Shown: positions 38,455-47,921 of the stretch, piece by piece
Position numbering within the stretch: position 1 is the first letter of the stretch
Layout: every line of letters begins with the position of its first letter
DNA from: Candidatus Subterrananammoxibius californiae
GTDB taxonomy: Bacteria; Planctomycetota; Brocadiia; Brocadiales; Subterrananammoxibiaceae
Direction: 5' to 3'
Assembly (NCBI GenBank): GCA_030586555.1
Contig: JAURAC010000008.1
Coordinates: 26,582 to 90,581, forward strand
Length of the DNA: 64,000 bases
The notes under the pieces: generated by a model
The model's database searches: none
The model's input: only the letters and a program-made list of their open reading frames with translations
What the model was told of the DNA's origin: nothing
Program-made: the position numbers and the translations under genes

Positions 38455-38949
38455 CTATTCAGGAGGAGGCGGCGGTTCTTCCGCCTTTCCTGGATATAGG
38501 TCTGTATAAATTTGTATATGAAGATGATTATGGCATCTCTTGCAGGCGTTCCTCATCCTCCCGTGACTATACTGTATATCCTCGTATGCGCCCGTGTATC
38601 TTTCTTCAGCCGCTTTAGCTATATCTTCCGCGTATTTTTTCATATCCTTCATTAGTTTCTGGTAAGTCTCGTCATCGGGACGCGAAAATTTGTCCAACAC
38701 AATCTGAGTAAGTCTGGAAATCTCCTGACCACCAGTTAAAAATGTACCCCACTCTTTCTTTCCTAATTGGTCAGGATAGTAACCCATAAAGTCCTGCATT
38801 GCCTTGTAATTCAGGTCTATTGATTTCATTATTTCCTTATATTCTTTTTTCTTAGGGTCATCTTCCTCTTTTTTCTGGTCTTCTGCCAGGATAACTGTTG
38901 AGTAACAGAAGATTAAAAAGCTTATAACTATAACAACTTTTTTCCCCAC
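38455..38949 (-). CDS. Class II (cytochrome c'-like) monoheme cytochrome
   Basis: Signal peptide, helical, C-terminal CKRCH. Confidence 0.8.
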   Translation of the reverse strand: MGKKVVIVISFLIFCYSTVILAEDQKKEEDDPKKKEYKEIMKSIDLNYKAMQDFMGYYPDQLGKKEWGTFLTGGQEISRLTQIVLDKFSRPDDETYQKLMKDMKKYAEDIAKAAEERYTGAYEDIQYSHGRMRNACKRCHNHLHIQIYTDLYPGKAEEPPPPPE

Positions 38950-39333
38950 AGATATCTCTCACCTCTTTCTTTTCTATCACTTTATATGTGGATATGTTCA
39001 CTATTATTTAGATGTTAAATTATTTCGTCATTGACACACAGCGTACCGCTTTTTCAATCAGGATGAAAGCGAATTTAAGGAACTCGCTTTTTATCGCCTG
39101 CCGCAACCCTGCCAAGGAAATATATATTACAAACATTTTCTGAAAAGTCAATGTAAAAATTGTGGAATTTGTCAGCCAGTAGAGACGCAAAATCTTGCGT
39201 CTCTACACACCTTAAAGTCCAATTTTCTTGAAAAATAGTAATTCAAAGACTATAATGCGAATCATAAAAAGCAGGGGCAGGTTTCAAACCTGCCCCTACC
39301 GTGCTTGAACCTTTACGGAAGGAATTATCAAAA

Positions 39334-41046
39334 ATGAGATGGTCTCAAACCCTAATACCAACCCTGAAGGAAGAACCTTCGGACGCAGAGGTTGATAGCC
39401 ATAAGTTAATGGTGCGGGCTGGATTGATAAGAAAGGTAGCCTCTGGCGCATATTCATATCTCCCGCTTGGCACAAGGATTTTAAATAAGGTTATATCAAT
39501 TGTGCGTGAGGAAATGGACAGAGCAGGCGCTATTGAGGTGTTTTTGCCGGCGCTTACTCCAATAGAGCTGCTGGAAGAAAGCGGACGGGTAAAGGTATTT
39601 GGTGAAGACCTTATTCGCTTTAGGGACAGACACGGCAGGGATATTGCCCTTGGACCAACCCACGAAGAGATTATTACAAACCTTGTCAGAAATGAGATAA
39701 GCTCCTACAGGCAGCTCCCTATTACACTTTACCAGATTCAAACGAAGTTCAGGGATGAGGCGCGTCCAAGGTTTGGTGTACTGCGCAGCAGGGAGTTTTT
39801 AATGAAGGATGCTTATAGCTTTGATGTGGACGTGGAGGGGCTTAACAAAAGTTATCAAGCCATGTACGATGCCTACTGCAGGATTTTTAATCGCTGCGGG
39901 TTAAACTACATCCCTGTTGAAGCCGAATCGGGCGCTATGGGTGGCGATGTATCACATGAATTTATGGTTCCAAGCCCTGTCGGTGAAGATGTCCTTGTCC
40001 AATGCACCGGATGCGGTTATAGCGCCAATATTCAGAGGGCTGTTCCTGCCCCCATACCTGCTGATGTAGGGGCAGGTTTTAAACCTGCCCCTACGGAGGT
40101 TGCAACACCCGATATGAAGACCATTGCAGAGGTTAGTAAGTTCCTGAAAATAGAACCGCAGAGGATGGTCAAGACCTTAATATATACAGCAAGTGATAAA
40201 CCTGTTGCAGTCCTGATACGTGGCGACCATGAAGTCAATGAAACAAAGCTTGCAAGGGTTTTGGGGCAAAATCACGTTACATTGGCTGATGAGAGCGTCA
40301 TTACCTCCGTAACGGATGCCCCAATGGGATTTGCTGGACCGGTGGGACTCAAGACAAGAATTATTGCCGACCAAGCTGTCTCGGTACTAAACAATTTTGT
40401 AACCGGGGGTAACAAAAAAGATACACACCTCTTGAATGTAAACCCCGGGCGGGACTTCAAGATTGACCAGATAGCTGATTTGCGTTATGCGGTTAAAGGA
40501 GACAGATGTCCAAAATGCAATGTAGAGCTCGTTATTTCTCAGGGCATTGAAATAGGTCATGTTTTCAAGTTAGGCACAAAATACAGCGATGCCCTTAAGG
40601 CAAAATTTCTCACCACCTCAGGCGAGGAAAGGTCAATTATTATGGGCTGTTACGGAATTGGGATAAACCGCATTATAGCCGCTCTGATTGAGACAACGCA
40701 CGATTCAAATGGGATAATCTGGTCAAAGGCTATCGCTCCATATCATGCGCTTGTGATTCCCGTTAATACCAATGATAAGAATATGATGCAAGCGGCAGAA
40801 AAGGTGTACGATAATCTTATAAAGGCTGATGTTGAAGCACTTTTTGACGACAGGGATTTAAGGCCAGGGGTAAAATTTAAGGACGCAGACCTTATAGGCA
40901 TTCCCCTGAAGCTCATCATCGGCAAGCGATTCCAGGAAACAGGCGAGGTTGAAATCAAACTTCGCAAAAGTGGAGAAATATATTTTGCTACTATTGATAA
41001 GGTAGCCTCTGAGGTTAAAAGACTTCTTGAGACACGCATTGTTTGA
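39334..41046 (+). CDS. proS: Proline--tRNA ligase (with editing domain)
   Basis: PTLKE.P.DAE..SH, GPTHEE, FRDE.RPRFG..R.REF.MKD.YSF, GIEIGH.FKLG, MGCYGIG. Confidence 0.97.
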   Translation: MRWSQTLIPTLKEEPSDAEVDSHKLMVRAGLIRKVASGAYSYLPLGTRILNKVISIVREEMDRAGAIEVFLPALTPIELLEESGRVKVFGEDLIRFRDRHGRDIALGPTHEEIITNLVRNEISSYRQLPITLYQIQTKFRDEARPRFGVLRSREFLMKDAYSFDVDVEGLNKSYQAMYDAYCRIFNRCGLNYIPVEAESGAMGGDVSHEFMVPSPVGEDVLVQCTGCGYSANIQRAVPAPIPADVGAGFKPAPTEVATPDMKTIAEVSKFLKIEPQRMVKTLIYTASDKPVAVLIRGDHEVNETKLARVLGQNHVTLADESVITSVTDAPMGFAGPVGLKTRIIADQAVSVLNNFVTGGNKKDTHLLNVNPGRDFKIDQIADLRYAVKGDRCPKCNVELVISQGIEIGHVFKLGTKYSDALKAKFLTTSGEERSIIMGCYGIGINRIIAALIETTHDSNGIIWSKAIAPYHALVIPVNTNDKNMMQAAEKVYDNLIKADVEALFDDRDLRPGVKFKDADLIGIPLKLIIGKRFQETGEVEIKLRKSGEIYFATIDKVASEVKRLLETRIV

Positions 41047-41250
41047 CAAGTCATGGTTAGTATGGTATACTTGTTTTTTTAAAGGTACGAAAAAGGTCCT
41101 CCTGAAAACTTTTGTGAACGAAACCACGTAAAGCTTACAAATTTGTCAACATACCAAATGAAATGGCATTTTCTTACATTAGAATATAACCATTAAATAT
41201 GACAGGACTTCCGTAAATAGCCCTGGTGGCTTTGGTTGTTTATTAATCTG

Positions 41251-41266
41251 TGGCATAAACTTTGCG
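41251..41266 (+). promoter_or_regulatory. sigma54 (RpoN) -24/-12 promoter
   Basis: TGGCAT-AAACT-TTGCG matches TGGCAC-N5-TTGC spacing. Confidence 0.6.
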
Positions 41267-41585
41267 CAGTACAACACTACTAAATAATTATAGAGCATGG
41301 CGCCAATATGCGATTCCAGCCAATTCCAGCTTATTTTACTATGGGGGATTTTTGCAGAAGGAGGTGATTTAATATTGTAATGAAGCAGAACATCTCGTCA
41401 GGAGTGCCATTGCGAGGGTGTGAAGAAGAAGGTAGACAACGAACTTTATGTTCGTTGAACCCAAGTCAACGAGGTGAAACCTCGTTGTCTACCAATACGA
41501 TTGCTTTGTCCGCCTGAGGCGGACTCGCAATGACAAGAAGAGTGTATTTTAGAAACGGAACAAAATAAGTAAAGGAGCGTGTAAG

Positions 41586-42263
41586 ATGAAAAGAGGCGGA
41601 TTTTTATTAGGCTGTGTGATTTTAGTCTGCGGTTTAATATGGTCAAACCTTGCGCTCGCTAAACCTCCAGCAGGAGCCGCGTGCCCACCAAGCAAGGATT
41701 GTAAAGAATTAGTTGTGCTTGCAAAGGGAGCCATTCTTGGAACGCCCAATTGCCTCGAGTGCTACAGGAAATGCACTGAAAAGGGTTGTGATGACATAAT
41801 AATCCGTATCAAAAGTAATGGAGACCTCTTCCCAAAAGAGACCTCTTGCGATGAAGCTTTAAGTTGTATTCCACCCGATAGTTTGATAGAGACGGATTTA
41901 ACATATCACATTAGACGGATAGGTCCGTGCGGAACTCCAGTAGGCACCCATGAAGGGAAATTCAAGATAACGAGTCCAACAGCAGGGGGCGTTGTCGCTA
42001 CTGGTAAAATGAAGGGCACCAATGGACTCGAAACCCACGTTACAAGCCAGGAATGTTGCGCATGGCCACATGATGAAGGCTGTATGGAGAGCAAAAATGT
42101 AAAGTGTCCAGATAGTACCTGCAAACTCATGGCCACTTATGCAAGTACCCTTCCACAGATGCCGAACGACCCGAATGAAGAAGAACTGTGCGACCCTGCA
42201 AAATGGATAGGCCACACCTTGTTTATAGATGGGATTTTGCTGTGTGAATGTGAAGAAGATTAG
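41586..42263 (+). CDS. Secreted cysteine-rich protein of unknown function
   Basis: RBS AAGGAG, signal peptide ending ALA, 19 Cys in 225 aa, no CxxCH. Confidence 0.7.
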   Translation: MKRGGFLLGCVILVCGLIWSNLALAKPPAGAACPPSKDCKELVVLAKGAILGTPNCLECYRKCTEKGCDDIIIRIKSNGDLFPKETSCDEALSCIPPDSLIETDLTYHIRRIGPCGTPVGTHEGKFKITSPTAGGVVATGKMKGTNGLETHVTSQECCAWPHDEGCMESKNVKCPDSTCKLMATYASTLPQMPNDPNEEELCDPAKWIGHTLFIDGILLCECEED

Positions 42264-42286
42264 CAGGGCGGATATGATGTTCTACC

Positions 42287-42315
42287 GTAGGGGCAGGTTT
42301 TAAACCTGCCCCTAC
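42287..42315. repeat. GTAG REP palindrome GTAGGGGCAGGTTTTAAACCTGCCCCTAC
   Basis: Identical to the in-frame copy in proS (40066-40094); variants at 8069, 9379, 12913, 22242, 39271, 46139. Confidence 0.9.
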
Positions 42316-42407
42316 AAACCAAGCAAATAATCCGCATTGCTCCCCCTCTTTTGTAAAGGGTGATGGGAAACTATTTCACACCTTTATTAAAGGAGGAAAT
42401 AAGAAGA

Positions 42408-42845
42408 TTAGTGGAGAAACTTTTTCTCTTCAAGGAAGCCCTTTGTGGCAGCCTTTACTGATGCCAGACCACTCTCGTTTAGCTTTCTGAGCATCTCAAC
42501 TATCTCCTTGACTTTAAGGTCATATAGAGGTTCTGGTTCCTTTACAAACTTTGACCCTGCCCCTTCATCTAATTTGATTCCGTATTTTTCTTCCATTAGA
42601 ACCCTTGCTATATTAACCAGGGGTGTCTTGTAGATAATTGAGAAAGTCCTTAAGATTATAGATGATGGTTCGCCAGTCTTACCAGCTTCGTAACGGGAAA
42701 TATTACTGCTGGGAATCCTGCAACACCCGGGAGTGGTCCTGCTCTTGTAAATAACCTGAGCTTGTTTGAGACCTCTACTCTTCCTTAGTAGTCTTAAGTA
42801 TTCTCCAAACCTCGGGAGTACAACTCTATGTTCTCGTTTCTTCAT
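42408..42845 (-). CDS. XRE-family HTH transcriptional regulator
   Basis: FGEYLR.LRKSRGL.Q, IS.YEAG...PS. Confidence 0.8.
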   Translation of the reverse strand: MKKREHRVVLPRFGEYLRLLRKSRGLKQAQVIYKSRTTPGCCRIPSSNISRYEAGKTGEPSSIILRTFSIIYKTPLVNIARVLMEEKYGIKLDEGAGSKFVKEPEPLYDLKVKEIVEMLRKLNESGLASVKAATKGFLEEKKFLH

Positions 42846-43157
42846 GGTGGGAAATTATATAAATAAACTCAGTTAAAAGATGATTGGTCCGTCCATTTTT
42901 GTAGACCTTTACTACATAATATCTTAAATAATGCAAGTTTCAAAACGGAAATTATACAATGAGCCTTTTTATTTACAACATAAAAATTAAATTTTGCTTA
43001 ACATCGTGTAATTTCATTATTATTATACCACAATATAACTAATGTGTGTAAAAAAAATACGCTTATAGATTTTACTTGACACAAAGCAACTATGGTGTTA
43101 TTGTTTCAAATTAAGAAACAAATGGGTATTAGTCCTATCCATAAAAAGTAAAAGTAT

Positions 43158-43481
43158 ATGAAGACACTACAAGAGACAAATAATATATTTAAGGAGATTC
43201 TTGCTAATAGGTGCGACGAACTCCTAATTGACAAGACAAAAGAGTTGCATAACAATACTGGTATGTTAAGAGAAATCCTCTGGCGTTACAAATCCTATAC
43301 ATTCTGGGTCGAATATATGCACTTTGAGTCACCTGACAATCAAGCAAACCCCCTCTTAAAAGACGTTGTAATTTTCCTGAAACTCAAGTTCAAAGCAATC
43401 GGCGAGGAGGATTGGGCTTCGTGTACAGTAATAGAAGAATTTCTTGGATATCTGGTGGGAGTATCCATCGAACCACAGTAA
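43158..43481 (+). CDS. Hypothetical protein divergent from the XRE gene
   Basis: 107-aa ORF after an AT-rich divergent promoter region. Confidence 0.5.
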   Translation: MKTLQETNNIFKEILANRCDELLIDKTKELHNNTGMLREILWRYKSYTFWVEYMHFESPDNQANPLLKDVVIFLKLKFKAIGEEDWASCTVIEEFLGYLVGVSIEPQ

Positions 43482-43817
43482 GCAGCACATACCACCATAG
43501 AAGAATCCTTTGAATAAGTCTACAAAGCTTCACCATATACACAGATGAAAGGTTATCGCTAAACGCAGAGACAAACGGGTGTCATTGCGAGCGTCAGCGA
43601 GGGTGGGGCGTATCCCTTTTCCAATAAAGGCGTGAAAAGCAAGTTCGGCTGACATACCCGCTTCGGCGGCAAGGAGCAGGCTAAAGAAACCTTAATAGAA
43701 AATAATAAAAAAAATTAAAAAAAAAATTAATTTTCTATTTGATTTTTTTGCCTTTTCGCCTTGCTTAGCACTCATTGCTTTGACCTCCGTGCGTAAAACG
43801 AGGTAAAACCTCGTTGC

Positions 43818-44186
43818 CTACCTTTTTTCAAAGAAGGTAAGTTGAAATCTCGGGCTCAGGAAGTAGCTGAAGGTAAACATGCTCATTGTAAACGCAACGG
43901 CGTAGATATAGCCCAGGTAGCCTTCTTCCGTTCGGCAATAGGAAATAAAATAGCTAAAGGAGACGGTTACCGCCCCTGGTGTAATTATATACCATCCTTT
44001 ACGGTTTCTGACGATAGCGCCTGCACATGCAATAACAATTATTAAAAGAATGTTCAGAAGGTTTATATACGTCCATTCACCGAATAAAAACAGTATTGTC
44101 AGGACGCACGTCAACATTAGCGCAATCAGGATAGCAAATACTGTAGAGACGCAATACGTTGCGTCTCTACTATTTTGTTCTTTCAT
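43818..44186 (-). CDS. Small hypothetical membrane protein
   Basis: About 4 hydrophobic segments; N-terminus includes palindrome 44143-44170; start uncertain. Confidence 0.45.
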   Translation of the reverse strand: MKEQNSRDATYCVSTVFAILIALMLTCVLTILFLFGEWTYINLLNILLIIVIACAGAIVRNRKGWYIITPGAVTVSFSYFISYCRTEEGYLGYIYAVAFTMSMFTFSYFLSPRFQLTFFEKR

Positions 44187-45540
44187 GTCTTCGTGAGAAA
44201 TAATCCCTGGAAAGGGCAACCACATTGTCACTTAGGGCAATGATGGCAATCAGGTTGGGAAATGCCATCAAGCCAAACGTAATGTCGGAGAATCCCCAGA
44301 CAAAATTAATCTGGGTCATTGCGCCGACAAAGAGGGCTACGACAAATATCCAGCGATAGGGCATAACGGCGCCTGGACCAAAAAGATATAAAGCACACCT
44401 GTCTCCATAATAAGACCAGCTAATCGCCGTGGATACGGCGAATAAAACGAGACCCATTGTAACGACAATCCCTCCAAAAACTGGCAAGCCTGTCTCAAAG
44501 GCGTTCTTGGTAAGGATAGAGGAATCTGCGCCGGATTGCCACGAACCTGTCAATATAATTACAAAGCCGGTCATTGTGCACACTATAATGGTATCTACAA
44601 AAGGTTCAAGCAACCCAACAAGCCCCTCTCGAACAGGTTCATTAGTTCTTGCGGCGGCGTGGGCAATTGGTGCGCTTCCAACGCCTGCCTCATTGGAGAA
44701 TACTGCACGTTTTACACCCCATGTGATTGTGTATAATACCGTGGCGCCTGCAAATCCTCCTACTGCAGACGTTGGCGTGAAGGCGTGTTTAAAGATAAGG
44801 TAAAATGTTTCTGGTATACGGTCGTAGTTAAAGAAAATTATTATTAAAGCCCCGCTAACGTATGTTGCGCACATAAAGGGCACAAGTTTACCAGCCACCC
44901 TTCCGATTCTTTTTATGCCCCCGATTATTACGAGTCCAATCGTAAACGAGATAAATAAACCAATTACTGCGCGCCATAGAAACCTGTCTTGTACTGCAAA
45001 ATGGTCAACGATGGCAATGGTCATCGAGTTGGATTGCACCATGTTGCCGCCTCCAAATGTGGCAACCATGCAGCAGAATGCAAAAATACAGGCGAGCCAC
45101 TTAAACCTTGGGCCCAGGCCTTTTTCTATATAATACATAGGTCCCCCGCTTACAGAGCCATCCTTATGGATAACCCTGTATTTTTGGGCAAGGGTGCATT
45201 CTGCGCACTTCAGTGTCATCCCGAAGAATCCTGAGACCCACATCCAGAAGAGCGCCCCTGGTCCACCGGCATGGATGGCTGTTGCTACACCGGCTATATT
45301 ACCTACCCCTACGGTTGCAGACAGCGCCGCACAAAGCGCTTGAAAATGTGATATGTCTCCCTCATGCTCAGGTCTATCATAATATCCGAGGGTGATTGCC
45401 ACGCCGTGCCCGAGCTTTCTTACTTGTGGCAATAGCAACCTTACAGAGAAGAATATCCCCGTGCTTATAATAAGAACCACAAACGGAAGCCCCATAACGT
45501 AGCTGCCGATATGGGTCAACATTTCAGTAACTTTGTCCAC
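44170..45540 (-). CDS. Alanine/glycine:cation symporter (AGCS family)
   Basis: ATVG.GNI.GVA, GGPGA.FWMW, GGPMYYI, FSNEAG.GS, W.YYG. Confidence 0.93.
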   Translation of the reverse strand: MDKVTEMLTHIGSYVMGLPFVVLIISTGIFFSVRLLLPQVRKLGHGVAITLGYYDRPEHEGDISHFQALCAALSATVGVGNIAGVATAIHAGGPGALFWMWVSGFFGMTLKCAECTLAQKYRVIHKDGSVSGGPMYYIEKGLGPRFKWLACIFAFCCMVATFGGGNMVQSNSMTIAIVDHFAVQDRFLWRAVIGLFISFTIGLVIIGGIKRIGRVAGKLVPFMCATYVSGALIIIFFNYDRIPETFYLIFKHAFTPTSAVGGFAGATVLYTITWGVKRAVFSNEAGVGSAPIAHAAARTNEPVREGLVGLLEPFVDTIIVCTMTGFVIILTGSWQSGADSSILTKNAFETGLPVFGGIVVTMGLVLFAVSTAISWSYYGDRCALYLFGPGAVMPYRWIFVVALFVGAMTQINFVWGFSDITFGLMAFPNLIAIIALSDNVVALSRDYFSRRHERTK

Positions 45541-45699
45541 AAATGCTCTCTTTCTTGCTCCGCCTAAGGTGAACTAAACAAATTTCAAATCTCAAATTCC
45601 AAATCCCAAACAAATTCCAAAACCAGAACTTCAAAACTTATCTGTTTGTTATTTTGGTCATTGGAATTTATTTGTAATTTGGTGCTTGTTATTTGGAGT

Positions 45700-46827
45700 T
45701 TACCTGCTTGAAGGTGAGTCTATCCACCCTCCGCCGACAATGATATCGCCGTCATAAAAGACCACGGCCTGCCCCGGCGTTATTGCCATCTGAGGCTCGT
45801 TAAAAATAACCCGTACTCTTCCCTCTTCTATTGGATAAATCATGGCTTTTGAAGGTTTGTGATTATACCTTATCTTCGCCTGCACTTCCATAGGGTTTTC
45901 AAGCGTGCTAATGGATATCCAGTTTAATTCGGATGCTGTAAGTTCTGACTCAAGAAGTTCCGTACCGGAACCAATGGTAATGGTGTTTTCTGTGGGGTTT
46001 ATATTTACCACATATTTAGGCTTTCCAAAGGCAATTCCTATACCCCGCCGCTGGCCTATAGTAAAAAATTCTATCCCCGGATGCTTCCCAAGCACATGAC
46101 CTTTAGTATCCTTTATTATACCAGGCTCTACTTGCCCCGTAGCGGGGGCGACCGGCCGGTCGCCCCTACCGTGTGCTCGCCTCTCAAGGATAAGCTTTCG
46201 GTAATCGTTCTCTGGAACAAAACAAATCTCCTGGCTTTCCTGCTTATCCTTTGTTTTAAGGTTAAGATTCCTTGCCTTCTGGCGCACCTCGTCCTTTGTC
46301 ATCGTCCCAAGTGGAAAGAGCGCGCGTGACAACTGCTCCTGGGTAAGCGAGAAGAGCACGTATGACTGGTCTTTCCTCTGGTCAATCCCTTTCTTAAGGA
46401 GGTATCTACCCGCCTCAGGCGGGCTTTTTTCTACCCTTGCATAGTGGCCCGTGGCTATATAATCAGCATTCAGCGCCTGCGCAAATCTTAACAATCTTCC
46501 AAACTTGAGCTTCTGGTTGCAGAGGATACAAGGGTTGGGCGTCCGTCCGGAGGCATACTCGTGGCAAAAGTAGTCTATAATTTCGTCAAATTCTTCCTTA
46601 AAGTTGAGCACATAAAAATGTATGCCTAATGAGTCCGCAACACACCTGGCATCGTGGGCATCCTGAACGCTGCAACATCCTCTTTTCCCGCTCTCTTCTA
46701 TGGTCGGGGTGGCAATGCCGAGGCGCATGAATAGCCCAATTACTTCATATCCCTGCTCAACTAATAAAGAAGCGGCAACGCTGCTATCAACGCCACCGCT
46801 CATAGCTATAACTGCACGTTTGGTCAT
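45700..46827 (-). CDS. mnmA: tRNA 2-thiouridine(34) synthase
   Basis: AMSGGVDS, TPNPC..CN, ATGHY, KDQSY, ESQEICF, TIGQRRG, PGQ. Confidence 0.96.
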   Translation of the reverse strand: MTKRAVIAMSGGVDSSVAASLLVEQGYEVIGLFMRLGIATPTIEESGKRGCCSVQDAHDARCVADSLGIHFYVLNFKEEFDEIIDYFCHEYASGRTPNPCILCNQKLKFGRLLRFAQALNADYIATGHYARVEKSPPEAGRYLLKKGIDQRKDQSYVLFSLTQEQLSRALFPLGTMTKDEVRQKARNLNLKTKDKQESQEICFVPENDYRKLILERRAHGRGDRPVAPATGQVEPGIIKDTKGHVLGKHPGIEFFTIGQRRGIGIAFGKPKYVVNINPTENTITIGSGTELLESELTASELNWISISTLENPMEVQAKIRYNHKPSKAMIYPIEEGRVRVIFNEPQMAITPGQAVVFYDGDIIVGGGWIDSPSSR

Positions 46828-46913
46828 GCTTAAGACTGAAGGCTGAAGGCTGAAGGAAGAAGTCTGAAGGAAGAATCTTTTTCTTCAGCCTATCTTTTCC
46901 TCAGCCTTAAGCC

Positions 46914-47726
46914 TTATTGGGGCTGTCTAAAACTCAGCGGTTCAGGGGTAAAGGAAAGTATAAATATGATAAACACGATAATGCCGAGGAGTTTCCGCCT
47001 CGAATCTAATCTTGTTACTTCATCAACAGGAGCCGGGTGCTGAAAGCCGAAAAGTAAGAGCAGAATGGTCATTAGTATCCAGCCCTGATACCACAGTACC
47101 GTAAAAACACAAAACATAAGAATGCCAATTTTATAAACAAGTTCGCTCTTTTTCCCGAGTAATGCGTACATTATATGACCACCGTCAAGCTGCCCAACAG
47201 GGAGAAGATTAAGGGCGGTAACAAACAAACCCGTCCAACCAGCATAGGCTATGGGATGCAGGACGATGTCTACATTTTGAGGAATATTTCCAAAGATAAT
47301 CTTCGATATAAATGAGAAAAGCAGTGGTTCGCCCAACTGCATAAAGCCTTTTGACGCAGTAACCTCTTCAACAGGATGCGTAGTGGATAGGGAGAGCCCT
47401 ATAATAATTGCAGGAATTGCAAAAAAGAGACCTGATAATGGGCCAGCCACTCCTATATCGAAGAGCGCTTGCTTATTGGGCATACGCCCTTTCATCCTGA
47501 TAACGGCTCCAAATGTGCCAAACGGTGAAAAGGGAAAGGGAATGAAGTAAGGCAATGTTGACTCGACCCCATGTTTTTTACACATAAAAAAGTGACCCAG
47601 TTCGTGGGCAAGAAGTATTGTTATTATCACGGCTGAATACAGGGGGCTAATGAAAGAGGTTGATACAATAGTTGCAATAAACAGGACAACATTGATTGTG
47701 CCCTTAGGTAGATTGATTTTTCTCAT
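46914..47726 (-). CDS. Site-2 protease family (M50) membrane metalloprotease
   Basis: HELGH, AGP, NLLPVGQLDGGH. Confidence 0.9.
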   Translation of the reverse strand: MRKINLPKGTINVVLFIATIVSTSFISPLYSAVIITILLAHELGHFFMCKKHGVESTLPYFIPFPFSPFGTFGAVIRMKGRMPNKQALFDIGVAGPLSGLFFAIPAIIIGLSLSTTHPVEEVTASKGFMQLGEPLLFSFISKIIFGNIPQNVDIVLHPIAYAGWTGLFVTALNLLPVGQLDGGHIMYALLGKKSELVYKIGILMFCVFTVLWYQGWILMTILLLLFGFQHPAPVDEVTRLDSRRKLLGIIVFIIFILSFTPEPLSFRQPQ

Positions 47727-47921
47727 ACATCTGGATTTTAACCCTGAGTATAAGGAATGTCAAGTACAAAGGAAAAAGGCTGAAGGCTGAAGGCTGAAGA
47801 AATTGTAAATTGAAAATTGTAGATTTTAAAACCTGTTCCTAACAGGTTCAGGAATTTAAATTTTGCACTTTTCAATTTCCAATTCTTTACTTTTAAACCA
47901 TAGCCTTCAGCCTGTTTATCA

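Noticed and set aside
41586..42263. Multiheme cytochrome c
   Set aside because: CLECY is CxxC without the His; no CxxCH motif
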